Source: an uncultured Erythrobacter sp. (GTDB taxonomy: Bacteria; Pseudomonadota; Alphaproteobacteria; Sphingomonadales; Sphingomonadaceae). Taken from it: a stretch of 64,000 nucleotides of DNA. Shown here in pieces: positions 14,279-24,161 of the stretch. The notes under the pieces are model-generated. The model did not search any database and was not told the DNA's origin. It saw nothing but the letters and a program-made list of their open reading frames with translations. The position numbers and the translations under genes were made by a program. Location: assembly GCA_947503275.1 (NCBI GenBank), contig CANNCZ010000002.1, positions 452,733 to 516,732 on the forward strand, in the 5' to 3' direction. The first letter of the stretch is position 1. Each line of letters opens with the position of its first letter.

Positions 14279-14476
14279 ATGGTCAAACTCGACGACCTGC
14301 TACACGAACGTCGCATGACGCTTACTGAACTGGCGGACCGGGTGGGCCTGACACTGGCGAACCTCTCAATCCTCAAAACCGGCAAGGCCAAAGCGATCCG
14401 CTTCACCACTCTCGCTGCGATATGCCGGGAATTGGAATGCCAACCAGGTGACCTGCTCAGTTACAGCGAGTCATAA
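14279..14476 (+). CDS. helix-turn-helix transcriptional regulator (YozG-like Cro/C1 family)
   Basis: GAAGGAG lies 8 nt before the ATG at 14279. MVKLDDLLHERRMTLTELADRVGLTLANLSILKTGKAKAIRFTTLAAICRELECQPGDLL matches the YozG family pattern. Confidence 0.8.
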   Translation: MVKLDDLLHERRMTLTELADRVGLTLANLSILKTGKAKAIRFTTLAAICRELECQPGDLLSYSES

Positions 14477-14496
14477 CACTGCGGCAAATCGTACGT

Positions 14497-14529
14497 GATC
14501 CTGAGCTGCGAGCACCGCAGCTTAGGATC
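14497..14529 (+). terminator. 14-bp stem hairpin after the HTH gene (no T-tract)
   Basis: GATCCTGAGCTGCG-AGCAC-CGCAGCTTAGGATC has one G-U pair. It lies 21 nt after the stop and lacks a U-run, so its function as a terminator is uncertain. Confidence 0.3.
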
Positions 14530-14670
14530 CACCGCGAGAACAAGTGCCTTGCTGAAGAACTGATCCGCGTGTGCCCAACCGATGAATTGATGCAAATCCG
14601 GTCAAGATGGAACAATTTGCATTCTCAGCGGCTTTAGTACGCAGGGATGTCTTATCCTCAGGAGGAACTT

Positions 14671-14955
14671 ATGAAATACTCAATACTTGCAATCGCCCCA
14701 ATCGCACTTTCCATGGCCGCCTGTGACGGCCCAGCCGAAACAGTCGGTGAAGAACAGGATGACGTCGCTGAAATGGAAGGCGAAGTGGTGGATGAGATGG
14801 CTGAGCTAAAGGAAGCACAAGCCGACCTAGCTGAAGAGCAAGCTGACGTTGCAGAAGCTTCAGGAAACTCCGTCGAACAAGCAGAGCTTGAGCAGGAAGC
14901 TGAACAGCTTGAAGACGCCGCTGATGCGCTCGAAGATCAAGCCGACGGCATGTAA
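14671..14955 (+). CDS. polyanionic small lipoprotein (94 aa)
   Basis: GGAGGA precedes the ATG at 14671. The lipobox is LSMAAC. The mature part is about 40% Asp/Glu with a single Lys. Confidence 0.65.
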   Translation: MKYSILAIAPIALSMAACDGPAETVGEEQDDVAEMEGEVVDEMAELKEAQADLAEEQADVAEASGNSVEQAELEQEAEQLEDAADALEDQADGM

Positions 14956-14999
14956 TCGTCGTTTTCTTTATGTTGACACAGCTGTCAATTTTCATCAAA

Positions 15000-15027
15000 G
15001 GCTCGCCAGCAACGGCGGGCCTTTTTT
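15000..15027 (+). terminator. rho-independent terminator
   Basis: GGCTCGCC-AGCAAC-GGCGGGCC followed by TTTTTT. Confidence 0.7.
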
Positions 15028-15263
15028 GATTCCGTCGTTCAACCGTCCAAGACAGCCGGTGGAGACAATTGGGTCTCCTTAATTTCCAGCCTAGACGGGG
15101 ATATGAGATTTTAGCGGATGCCGTTACGGTATTTGCAACGTGCCAGATGGCACACCCTCCTTCCCCATCATTGGACTTTGCTTTGTCGGTTAGCGGCAAG
15201 GCAAAATTGTGAGCCGGTCGTGTGGACCCAAATCCGCTCGGCCATTTAGTGAAGGAGTATGGC
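15028..15263 (+). promoter_or_regulatory. rplJ promoter / 5' leader region (possible L10 autoregulatory leader)
   Basis: This is 236 nt of non-coding sequence with several hairpins (for example GGAGAC-AATTGG-GTCTCC at 15061-15078 and GTGCCAGATGGCAC). The assignment rests on position only. Confidence 0.3.
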
Positions 15264-15779
15264 ATGGATCGTTCGCAAAAAGCCGATGCGGTTGCCCAGC
15301 TCAATGCAGCTTTCCAAGATGTTGGTGTGGTGGTTGTCACCCGCAACCTCGGTTTGACGGTGGATCAGTCCACTGAATTGCGCGGAAAAATGCGTGAAGC
15401 CGGTGCGACTTATAAGGTTGCGAAGAACCGTCTCGCCAAGCTCGCCCTGAAAGACACCGACTATGTCGGGATCGATGAGTTTCTCACCGGCCCGACCGCG
15501 CTGGCTTGGTCTTCGGACCCAGTCGCAGCTGCAAAGGCTGCTGTCGAATTCGCAAAGTCGAATGACAAGCTGGAAATCGTTGGTGGCTCGATGGGCACGC
15601 AAGTGCTCGACGAAGCTGGGGTCAAGGCGCTTGCCTCGATGCCAAGCCTCGACGAACTGCGTGGCAAGCTTATTGGTCTCGTCAACGCACCTGCAACCAA
15701 GGTTGCTCAGGTCGTTAACGCGCCCGCGAACAAGCTGGCCCGTGTGTTTGGCGCATATGCCGCCAAGGACGCCGCTTAA
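15264..15779 (+). CDS. rplJ: 50S ribosomal protein L10
   Basis: GAAGGAG precedes the ATG at 15264. [17 protein letters not shown]... is a typical L10 N-terminus. Confidence 0.95.
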   Translation: MDRSQKADAVAQLNAAFQDVGVVVVTRNLGLTVDQSTELRGKMREAGATYKVAKNRLAKLALKDTDYVGIDEFLTGPTALAWSSDPVAAAKAAVEFAKSNDKLEIVGGSMGTQVLDEAGVKALASMPSLDELRGKLIGLVNAPATKVAQVVNAPANKLARVFGAYAAKDAA

Positions 15780-15863
15780 GAGACGTATCTCGCAAGAGAC
15801 GAAACATATTTGGGGCCTTGGGAATGAACCCATCTGCCCCGCCTAAACATTGGAGTGAACATC

Positions 15864-16238
15864 ATGGCTGATATTGCCAAGCTTGTTGAAGAACTTTCGA
15901 AACTGACCGTCCTTGAGGCGGCTGAACTGGCCACCGCTCTTGAAGAAGAGTGGGGCGTATCCGCTGCTGCTGCTGTTGCAGTGGCTGGCCCGGCTGCTGG
16001 TGGCGATGCCCCGGCCGCTGAAGAGAAAGACGAATTCGACGTCATCCTCACCGGCGACGGCGGCAAGAAGATCCAGGTCATCAAAGAAGTCCGTGCCATC
16101 ACCGGCCTGGGCCTCACCGAAGCCAAGGGTCTTGTCGAAGGCGCACCGAAGCCTCTCAAAGAAGGCGTCAACAAGGCTGAAGCCGAAGAGATCAAAGGCA
16201 AGATCGAAGCAGCCGGCGGTACCGTCGAGCTCAAGTGA
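15864..16238 (+). CDS. rplL: 50S ribosomal protein L7/L12
   Basis: ATG at 15864 ([22 protein letters not shown]...), an Ala-rich hinge, and the C-terminal [22 protein letters not shown] motif. Confidence 0.96.
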   Translation: MADIAKLVEELSKLTVLEAAELATALEEEWGVSAAAAVAVAGPAAGGDAPAAEEKDEFDVILTGDGGKKIQVIKEVRAITGLGLTEAKGLVEGAPKPLKEGVNKAEAEEIKGKIEAAGGTVELK

Positions 16239-16283
16239 TCTCCTGATCAGTTTTGTGGGTGTCTTGAAGCGCCCGCAGATGGG

Positions 16284-16314
16284 GGGCGGTGCCAGCAATG
16301 GTGCCGCCCTTTTC
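16284..16314 (+). terminator. rho-independent terminator of rplL
   Basis: GGGCGGTGCC-AGCAAT-GGTGCCGCCC followed by TTTTCC. Confidence 0.7.
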
Positions 16315-16327
16315 CATTGCGAGATAA

Positions 16328-17518
16328 CTAGCGTGGGATCTGATCCATCAGCGTCCGGTCAGTGCCCCGGCTTGGTGAGCCAATCTGTTCGACCTGCACT
16401 TTGCTGGCATTGGGCGCATCATCATAGTCGACGCCAAATTCAACCTCGTCATAGACGGGGTCATACTGGATCGGAATGCCCGCCGATTGAAGCTGCGCGA
16501 GGGTCACGAAGGAGTCCAAAGCGCCTGCGCCCGAAATCCGGTCTAGCTCTGATGCGTCAAACCGGTCATGCAACATATCGACCACTGAGCCGAGCCGGAT
16601 CGCGATAGTGCCATTGAGTTGATGGAAATCGACGCTCCCGGTCAGCACTCCGTTCACCCGCGCATCGAGCTGCGACTTAGCAAACAGTGCTGCCTCAGCT
16701 TGATCGTTAGTTCCCCCATTAAGCTGCGCGGACGGCGCAGCAATGGCCTGTGACGGAGCCTCAGCATCAGGCTCGCTGGATTGCGGAACAGGAGCCGTGG
16801 GAAGTGCGTCTCTGACTGCACCAGACACATCGAGCGAACCGGCAAAGGCAGCTTCGACCGACGCATTTGCCATTGCCAAGGCGATCCTTTGATCGACAGA
16901 TGATGCAGCAGACAAAGCTGGCCGGCCCTGTCGAAGTTCGCTTGTCACCTCTGGCGCCAACTGTGCGACATTGCCGATCTGCGGAATATCGATCAGCCGC
17001 GCTCGCAAAGGGGCGGGCGCAGATGCACGGAATGATGGAACGGATGCAGCGGGCCGCTCTCGCGTAATGGCGAGGGCTACCGTCGAAGGCATCTCAATGC
17101 CTGCAAATGCGAGGTTAAATCGTTCAGACCCGGCTTGAAGAAACCCGAGCGGAAGCGCCGGTTTCGGAATTGTGGTGCGGCTCACCGAACTCAACGTATT
17201 GGAAGCAATAGCCTGCGTCGCCATAGCCGGTGCAAAAGTTGGACCGGTCGCGCCAGCCGCCGGACTCCAGATGGGTTGCTGAGTGATCCGGCCAGGCTCG
17301 CGCACATCAACCCTGAAATAGGGCGCATCCATCGCGCCGACCGAGATATCGGGAATGGTCGCCGCACCTGCGATCACGGCTGTGCCAACCAGCATGCGCG
17401 CCGCTACAGACGCGCCTGTGTGCGATGGGCGCGCCGAAGCAGGCGTTGTAGCGCCACGTTCGTCGTCAAATTCGTGAACCGGTTGCTTGTGCACCGAATC
17501 CCCCAGAAACTGCCCCAA
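16328..17518 (-). CDS. hypothetical membrane-anchored protein (396 aa; start uncertain)
   Basis: The ORF opens with TTG at 17518; ATG at 17395 is an alternative. It has one hydrophobic segment (MLVGTAVIAGAATIP), an Ala/Pro/Ser-rich middle, and no motif I recognise. Confidence 0.45.
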   Translation of the reverse strand: MGQFLGDSVHKQPVHEFDDERGATTPASARPSHTGASVAARMLVGTAVIAGAATIPDISVGAMDAPYFRVDVREPGRITQQPIWSPAAGATGPTFAPAMATQAIASNTLSSVSRTTIPKPALPLGFLQAGSERFNLAFAGIEMPSTVALAITRERPAASVPSFRASAPAPLRARLIDIPQIGNVAQLAPEVTSELRQGRPALSAASSVDQRIALAMANASVEAAFAGSLDVSGAVRDALPTAPVPQSSEPDAEAPSQAIAAPSAQLNGGTNDQAEAALFAKSQLDARVNGVLTGSVDFHQLNGTIAIRLGSVVDMLHDRFDASELDRISGAGALDSFVTLAQLQSAGIPIQYDPVYDEVEFGVDYDDAPNASKVQVEQIGSPSRGTDRTLMDQIPR

Positions 17519-17672
17519 GCCTGATTTATGAAGGTTTTAGCCCTGTTGATAAAGCGGATTTTGCATTTGCCGTGCTCGCCTTGCTTGAAGCGGACAAGAA
17601 TTCGCTTTCCCCCGACCGCCCGTCCTTCTATTCGGAGCGGCTTGCCAGCTTGGATTTTGAGCGCGCAGGCAG

Positions 17673-19076
17673 ATGAAACCTATGCGCGACACAGCACCTC
17701 TTACCACGCCCAAAGCGACTAGCTTGACTTGGGGGCAGGAATTTCGAGCAACGACCTTGCTCGCGACGCCGCTCGCGCTCGCCAATCTGCTTCAGATGCT
17801 GACCTATGCCATCGACGTGATCTTTATCGCACGTTTGGGTGAAGATGAATTGGCAGCATCATCGCTTGTGATGGCGGTGTTTGGATTGATCGTGTGGTCA
17901 CTCAATTCACTGACCGGGGCAGTCGCACCGATCATCGCCGCGGAATTGGGCGCAAATCCCCGCGCGGTTCGCCCTGTCCGGCGGGCGATGCGGATGGCGA
18001 TCTGGATGGCTGTTATGACAGCCGCAATCGGCATGGTCTTGGCCTTAGTCACCATCCCGATCATGTACGCCACCAGTCAGCCCCAAACGGTGATTGTCGC
18101 GGCGATACCCTATCTACTCGCATTGATGTGGTCTCTCATACCCATGGTGGTCGCCAATGTCCTGCGCACTTATGTCTCAACGCTCGGAAGACCGATTTTC
18201 GCCACTGCCGTCACTGCGGCGGGGATCGGGGTCAATGCGCTGGGCAATTATGCGCTGATCTTTGGCAATTTCGGCATGCCGCGGCTTGAGCTGATCGGGG
18301 CGGGCATTGCGACGATCATCACCACCACTTTCATCATGCTGGTCTATGTCGCAGTGATCCAGTGGGATAAGAAACTGCGCCGTTACCGCATCTTTGGTCG
18401 CTGGTGGCGTGCTGATTGGGGCAAGTTCCGCGAAATCCTGAAGATCGGTGTGCCTATATCACTGACTGTGATTGCCGAGGCCGGCATTTTTGGCGCTGCA
18501 GCATTCTTGATGGGTCGGTTTGGCGCATCAGAGCTGGCGGGACACACGGTAGCTCTCAACCTCGCGGCATTGGCGTTTCAGGTGCCGTTTGGCGTGGGAC
18601 AAGCCGTCACGATCCGGGTCGGTTATTTCTATGGCGCTCGAGATCGGGTCGGCATCCAAAGAGCAGGCTGGGTCGCGATTGCGATTGGCACCGGCTTTAT
18701 GGGCATGACCGCGCTTGCGATGGTACTCGCCCCGATCACGCTGCTTTCGATCTATGTCGATCCTTATGCGCCAGAGAACGCACAACTGGTCGCCTTCGCT
18801 TTGCAATACCTTGTTCTCGCCGCCGCGTTTCAGCTGGTCGACGGGGTCCAAGCTGTTGCAGCGGGAGCCTTACGCGGATTGCAAGATACTCGCGTGCCCA
18901 TGTGGTTGGCGATTTTCAGCTATTGGGTGCCGGGGATTGGCACAGCCATTGGCCTTGGCTTTTTCACCCCGCTTCAAGGGATCGGTGTTTGGGTCGGCCT
19001 TGCCACGGGTCTGGCCTTTGCTGCTGTTTTATTGTTGCGCCGTTGGATGGCGCGCGAGCGGTTGGAGTTAACTTAG
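17673..19076 (+). CDS. MATE family efflux transporter
   Basis: 467 aa with a roughly 12-TM profile and a NorM/DinF-like N-terminal block (LLATPLALANLLQMLTYAIDVIFIARLG). Confidence 0.85.
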   Translation: MKPMRDTAPLTTPKATSLTWGQEFRATTLLATPLALANLLQMLTYAIDVIFIARLGEDELAASSLVMAVFGLIVWSLNSLTGAVAPIIAAELGANPRAVRPVRRAMRMAIWMAVMTAAIGMVLALVTIPIMYATSQPQTVIVAAIPYLLALMWSLIPMVVANVLRTYVSTLGRPIFATAVTAAGIGVNALGNYALIFGNFGMPRLELIGAGIATIITTTFIMLVYVAVIQWDKKLRRYRIFGRWWRADWGKFREILKIGVPISLTVIAEAGIFGAAAFLMGRFGASELAGHTVALNLAALAFQVPFGVGQAVTIRVGYFYGARDRVGIQRAGWVAIAIGTGFMGMTALAMVLAPITLLSIYVDPYAPENAQLVAFALQYLVLAAAFQLVDGVQAVAAGALRGLQDTRVPMWLAIFSYWVPGIGTAIGLGFFTPLQGIGVWVGLATGLAFAAVLLLRRWMARERLELT

Positions 19077-19101
19077 GACGCGCCTCAGGCCCAGCCGAGT
19101 C

Positions 19102-19938
19102 CTAGTCCAAGTGCCGGGTTGCAACTTCATGTTGTGGGAATGGAATCGTAATGCCGGTTTCGTCGAATTTGGCTTTCGCTGCTTCTGTCAAATCCCACGA
19201 CAGCGCAAGGTAATCTGATGTGTCGCACCAGACACGCAAACCAATACCCACCGAGCTGTCATCCAAGGAATTGACGAAGGCAACAGGGGCAGGGTCATCC
19301 AAAATGCGATCATCGGCAGATGCCAGACCCAGCAGCTCTTTGCGCGCCTGCTCCATATTGTCGCCATAGCCGATGCCCACTAAAAGCTCGAAGCGGCGCA
19401 CCGGGTGGCGATTGAAATTGATTATGGGTTTGTTCCACAATTCGTTGTTCGGCATCATCACGAACAGCCCATCCGGCTGCTTGAGCTCGGTCGTGAACAA
19501 CCCGATTGCCTCAACCGTCGCGAGGATAGGGCCGACCGACACCATCTCGCCTACTTTAAAGGGTTTCTGGACCAAGATCATTACGCCCGAGGCGACGTTG
19601 CTAAGCGTACCCTGCAACGCCAATCCGACAGCCAATGCCATGCCGCCTAGCGCCGCAATAATGCTGGTGGTTTCAATACCGAATTGCGTGAGTACGGTGA
19701 CAAGCACCAGCGCCCACAGCGCATACTTAACCAAGCTCGACAGAAGGCTCGCAATGCTGGGATCAAGACGATCCGCGCGCGACAATCCGTTTTTGACCCA
19801 ACGCGAGATCAATCCGGCGACAAACAGGCCGATGACCAGCACGGCAACACCGCCGATGATGTCCATCATGTTGGCGCGCAGCCACAGGAAAAACTGCTCA
19901 GCGATCGTCAGAGCAGTAAGGTCAGTCTCGAATTGCAT
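19102..19938 (-). CDS. mechanosensitive ion channel family protein (MscS-type)
   Basis: 278 aa with three N-terminal TM helices and the MscS beta-domain block PFKVGEMVSVGPILATVEAIGLFTTELKQPDG. Confidence 0.85.
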   Translation of the reverse strand: MQFETDLTALTIAEQFFLWLRANMMDIIGGVAVLVIGLFVAGLISRWVKNGLSRADRLDPSIASLLSSLVKYALWALVLVTVLTQFGIETTSIIAALGGMALAVGLALQGTLSNVASGVMILVQKPFKVGEMVSVGPILATVEAIGLFTTELKQPDGLFVMMPNNELWNKPIINFNRHPVRRFELLVGIGYGDNMEQARKELLGLASADDRILDDPAPVAFVNSLDDSSVGIGLRVWCDTSDYLALSWDLTEAAKAKFDETGITIPFPQHEVATRHLD

Positions 19939-20024
19939 GGAAAGCCAGTCTCAATTGTTTTGGAGGCAACAGGTTGGCCTCTAGAACGTTCCTTGCCGGA
20001 CATCGACTTTTTTGATCAACACTC

Positions 20025-20053
20025 CTTGACTCCAGCCGTCGCCACAACCATTT
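20025..20053 (+). promoter_or_regulatory. candidate sigma-32 (RpoH)-type heat-shock promoter of groESL
   Basis: CTTGAC (20025-20030), 16 nt, then CCATTTG (20047-20053). Compare CTTGAA-N13-17-CCCCATNT. Confidence 0.3.
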
Positions 20054-20062
20054 GCGCCCTCG

Positions 20063-20089
20063 CTGGCACTCTCATGAAGGGAGTGCCAA
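20063..20089 (+). promoter_or_regulatory. CIRCE element (HrcA operator)
   Basis: CTGGCACTC-N9-GAGTGCCAA against the consensus TTAGCACTC-N9-GAGTGCTAA, 35 nt upstream of groES. Confidence 0.75.
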
Positions 20090-20123
20090 TTCATGTATCA
20101 ACCAAAGAAGAAAGGTCATCAAA

Positions 20124-20411
20124 ATGGCATTTCGCCCTCTGCACGACCGCGTAGTGGTCCGTCGTATCGAAGCCGACACGAAAACCGCTGGCGGCATTAT
20201 CATCCCAGACTCCGCACAGGAAAAGCCAAGCGAAGGCGAAATCGTCTCTGTTGGCGAAGGCGCCCGTGACGACAGCGGCGCACGCGTCGCAATGGACGTC
20301 AACGCAGGCGACCGCGTTCTGTTCGGCAAATGGTCCGGCACCGAAGTCAAGATCGACGGTGAAGACCTGCTGATCATGAAGGAAAGCGACATCATGGGCG
20401 TGATCGGCTGA
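20124..20411 (+). CDS. groES: co-chaperonin GroES
   Basis: [16 protein letters not shown]...[13 protein letters not shown] is canonical. Confidence 0.97.
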   Translation: MAFRPLHDRVVVRRIEADTKTAGGIIIPDSAQEKPSEGEIVSVGEGARDDSGARVAMDVNAGDRVLFGKWSGTEVKIDGEDLLIMKESDIMGVIG

Positions 20412-20429
20412 GCCGAGCGATCCCAATAG

Positions 20430-22121
<1,692 letters not shown>

Positions 22122-22150
22122 GCCCTCTGCTTTTCTACAAGCTAACAAGA

Positions 22151-22186
22151 GGCCCCGTCGGAGCGATCCGGCGGGGCCTTTTCTTT
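22151..22186 (+). terminator. rho-independent terminator of groESL
   Basis: GGCCCCGTCGG-AGCGAT-CCGGCGGGGCC followed by TTTTCTTT. Confidence 0.75.
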
Positions 22187-22240
22187 GCCGGCGTCTTGGC
22201 GCAAAGAAGTGCACAGCTTTTTCCAGTTGAGAGACCACAG

Positions 22241-24082
22241 ATGAAAACCAAATTTGCAGCCCTCTTGCTCGCCTCTGTCGCGCTAGCCGGATGCGACATG
22301 ATGGGCGCCCCCGTAACCGCCATCGATTGCGCCACCACACAAAGCGAATGCATAAATGTGTGGTTTGATGAGAAGTTCGAGGAATCGCTCGCGTTTAGTC
22401 CGATTCAGCAGACTGCACTGGGTCGTAAGACCGACTACGACAAAATCGATGATCTCAGCGTCGAAGCCGCGCGCGAACAGATCGCGTGGTGGGAACAAGC
22501 GGTCGCCGATATGGAAGGCAATTTCGACTATGATGAATTGTCTCAGGACGCTAAGCTCTCTTACGACATGTTCAAATTCCGCGCTGAACAAGCCACGCGC
22601 GGCGGCGAATTCTTTGAACAGCAATACATCCTCCACCAGATGAACGGCATCCACACCGCGCTCCCTAGCTTCTTGCTGGGTCAGCACACCGTGGAAAGTG
22701 AAAGCGATATGGAAGCGTTTATCGCGCGGATTGGCGGGATCGGAACCGCCATTGATCAGGCGCTCGAACGCGCGCAATCCAACGCCGCCGCTGGCACACG
22801 CCCGCCGCGCTTTTCCTATGATGCAGTGATCTCAGAATCGCAGAAACTGATCAGCGGCGCTCCGTTTGAGGAAGGCGGCGAACCGTCTGCGCTGTGGGAG
22901 GGCACCGAAGGCCATCTTGAGAAGTTGGTGGAGGACGGCACGATCACGCAAGAGCGCGCCGATGAATTGCGCGAAGAGGCTCGCACGGCGCTGATCGATC
23001 AAATGGCGCCCGCATATCAACGGATCGTCGACTGGTTCACTGAGGACCGGCCCAACACCAATGAAGTGGCGCAAGGAGCGACCACTCTGCCCGGTGGAGA
23101 GGCGTTCTACTCCTATGCGTTGAACCAAATGACCACAACTGAGCTTTCAGCAGACGAGATCCATGATCTGGGCCTTGATGAAGTCGCGCGCATCCGCGGC
23201 GAGATGGAAGGCATCATGGCGAACACTGGCTTCGAAGGGACGTTGGAGGAATTCTTCGTCTTCACCCGCGAAGACCCACAGTTTTTCTTCTCGCAAGATG
23301 AGGCTGGCGCGCAGGACTATATCGAACGCGCTACCGTTCATATCGACACGCTGAGTGAGCGTTTGCCTGAGTTTTTCGGCACTCTGCCAAAGGCTGCGTT
23401 GGAAGTTCGCCGGGTTGAGCCATTCCGCGAACAGGATGGCGCAGCACAGCACTACCGCGCAGGCACGCCCGATGGCTCACGCCCCGGCATCTATTACGCG
23501 CACCTATCCGATATGAGCGCGATGCCGATTCCACCTTTGGAAGCCATCGCCTATCACGAAGGCAATCCAGGCCATCACATGCAGGTCTCTATTGCACAGG
23601 AATTGGAGGGCGTTCCCAAGTTCCGCTCACAAGGCGGCTTCCTGTCTGCCTATGGCGAAGGTTGGGCGCTGTATTCCGAAGCCTTGGCCAAAGAGATGGG
23701 TGGTTATGAAGACCCCTATTCCGACTTTGGCCGTTTGCAGAGTGAGATGTGGCGCGCGATCCGGCTGGTGGTTGATACCGGCATCCATGCCAAGGGTTGG
23801 ACCGAGGATGAGGCGGTTCAATACTGCCTCGAAAACTCACCTAACCCCGAGACTGTCGCTCGCAGCGAGGTGCGCCGCTATTTCGTACTGCCGGGCCAAG
23901 CGACCTCGTACAAAATCGGCATGATCCGCATTCAGGAGCTTCGTGCCAAGGCTGAGGAACAGCTGGGCGATGATTTCGACATTCGCGGGTTTCACGACAC
24001 CGTTCTGGGTGGTGGAGCGGTTCCGCTTTCGATCCTAGAGAAGCAGGTCGACAATTGGATTGCTTCAGTAGAGGCGGAGTAA
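22241..24082 (+). CDS. DUF885 domain-containing lipoprotein
   Basis: ATG at 22241 (MKTKFAALLLASVALAGC, a lipobox). The length and the HEGNPGHH metal-site-like block are typical of DUF885. Confidence 0.78.
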   Translation: MKTKFAALLLASVALAGCDMMGAPVTAIDCATTQSECINVWFDEKFEESLAFSPIQQTALGRKTDYDKIDDLSVEAAREQIAWWEQAVADMEGNFDYDELSQDAKLSYDMFKFRAEQATRGGEFFEQQYILHQMNGIHTALPSFLLGQHTVESESDMEAFIARIGGIGTAIDQALERAQSNAAAGTRPPRFSYDAVISESQKLISGAPFEEGGEPSALWEGTEGHLEKLVEDGTITQERADELREEARTALIDQMAPAYQRIVDWFTEDRPNTNEVAQGATTLPGGEAFYSYALNQMTTTELSADEIHDLGLDEVARIRGEMEGIMANTGFEGTLEEFFVFTREDPQFFFSQDEAGAQDYIERATVHIDTLSERLPEFFGTLPKAALEVRRVEPFREQDGAAQHYRAGTPDGSRPGIYYAHLSDMSAMPIPPLEAIAYHEGNPGHHMQVSIAQELEGVPKFRSQGGFLSAYGEGWALYSEALAKEMGGYEDPYSDFGRLQSEMWRAIRLVVDTGIHAKGWTEDEAVQYCLENSPNPETVARSEVRRYFVLPGQATSYKIGMIRIQELRAKAEEQLGDDFDIRGFHDTVLGGGAVPLSILEKQVDNWIASVEAE

Positions 24083-24103
24083 CGCACCTTACCTATTGCC
24101 AAC

Positions 24104-24142
24104 AAAAAGGGGCGGGATGGCTTGTGCCACTCCGCCCGTTTT
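24104..24142. terminator. bidirectional hairpin terminator between convergent genes
   Basis: AAAAA-GGGGCGGGATGG-CTTGTG-CCACTCCGCCC-GTTTT has one mismatch and is flanked by an A-run and a T-run. Confidence 0.6.
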
Positions 24143-24161
24143 CGTGTCTGCTCGTTGGCGA

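Noticed and set aside
14669-15346. A 225-aa minus-strand ORF spans the acidic lipoprotein gene, its terminator and the rplJ start.
   Set aside because: It crosses a clear intrinsic terminator and the rplJ RBS. The plus-strand genes have proper RBSs and signal or ribosomal-protein sequences.
20064-20071. A TGGCAC sequence resembles a sigma-54 -24 element upstream of groES.
   Set aside because: It is the left arm of the CIRCE inverted repeat, and no TTGC -12 element follows at the right spacing.
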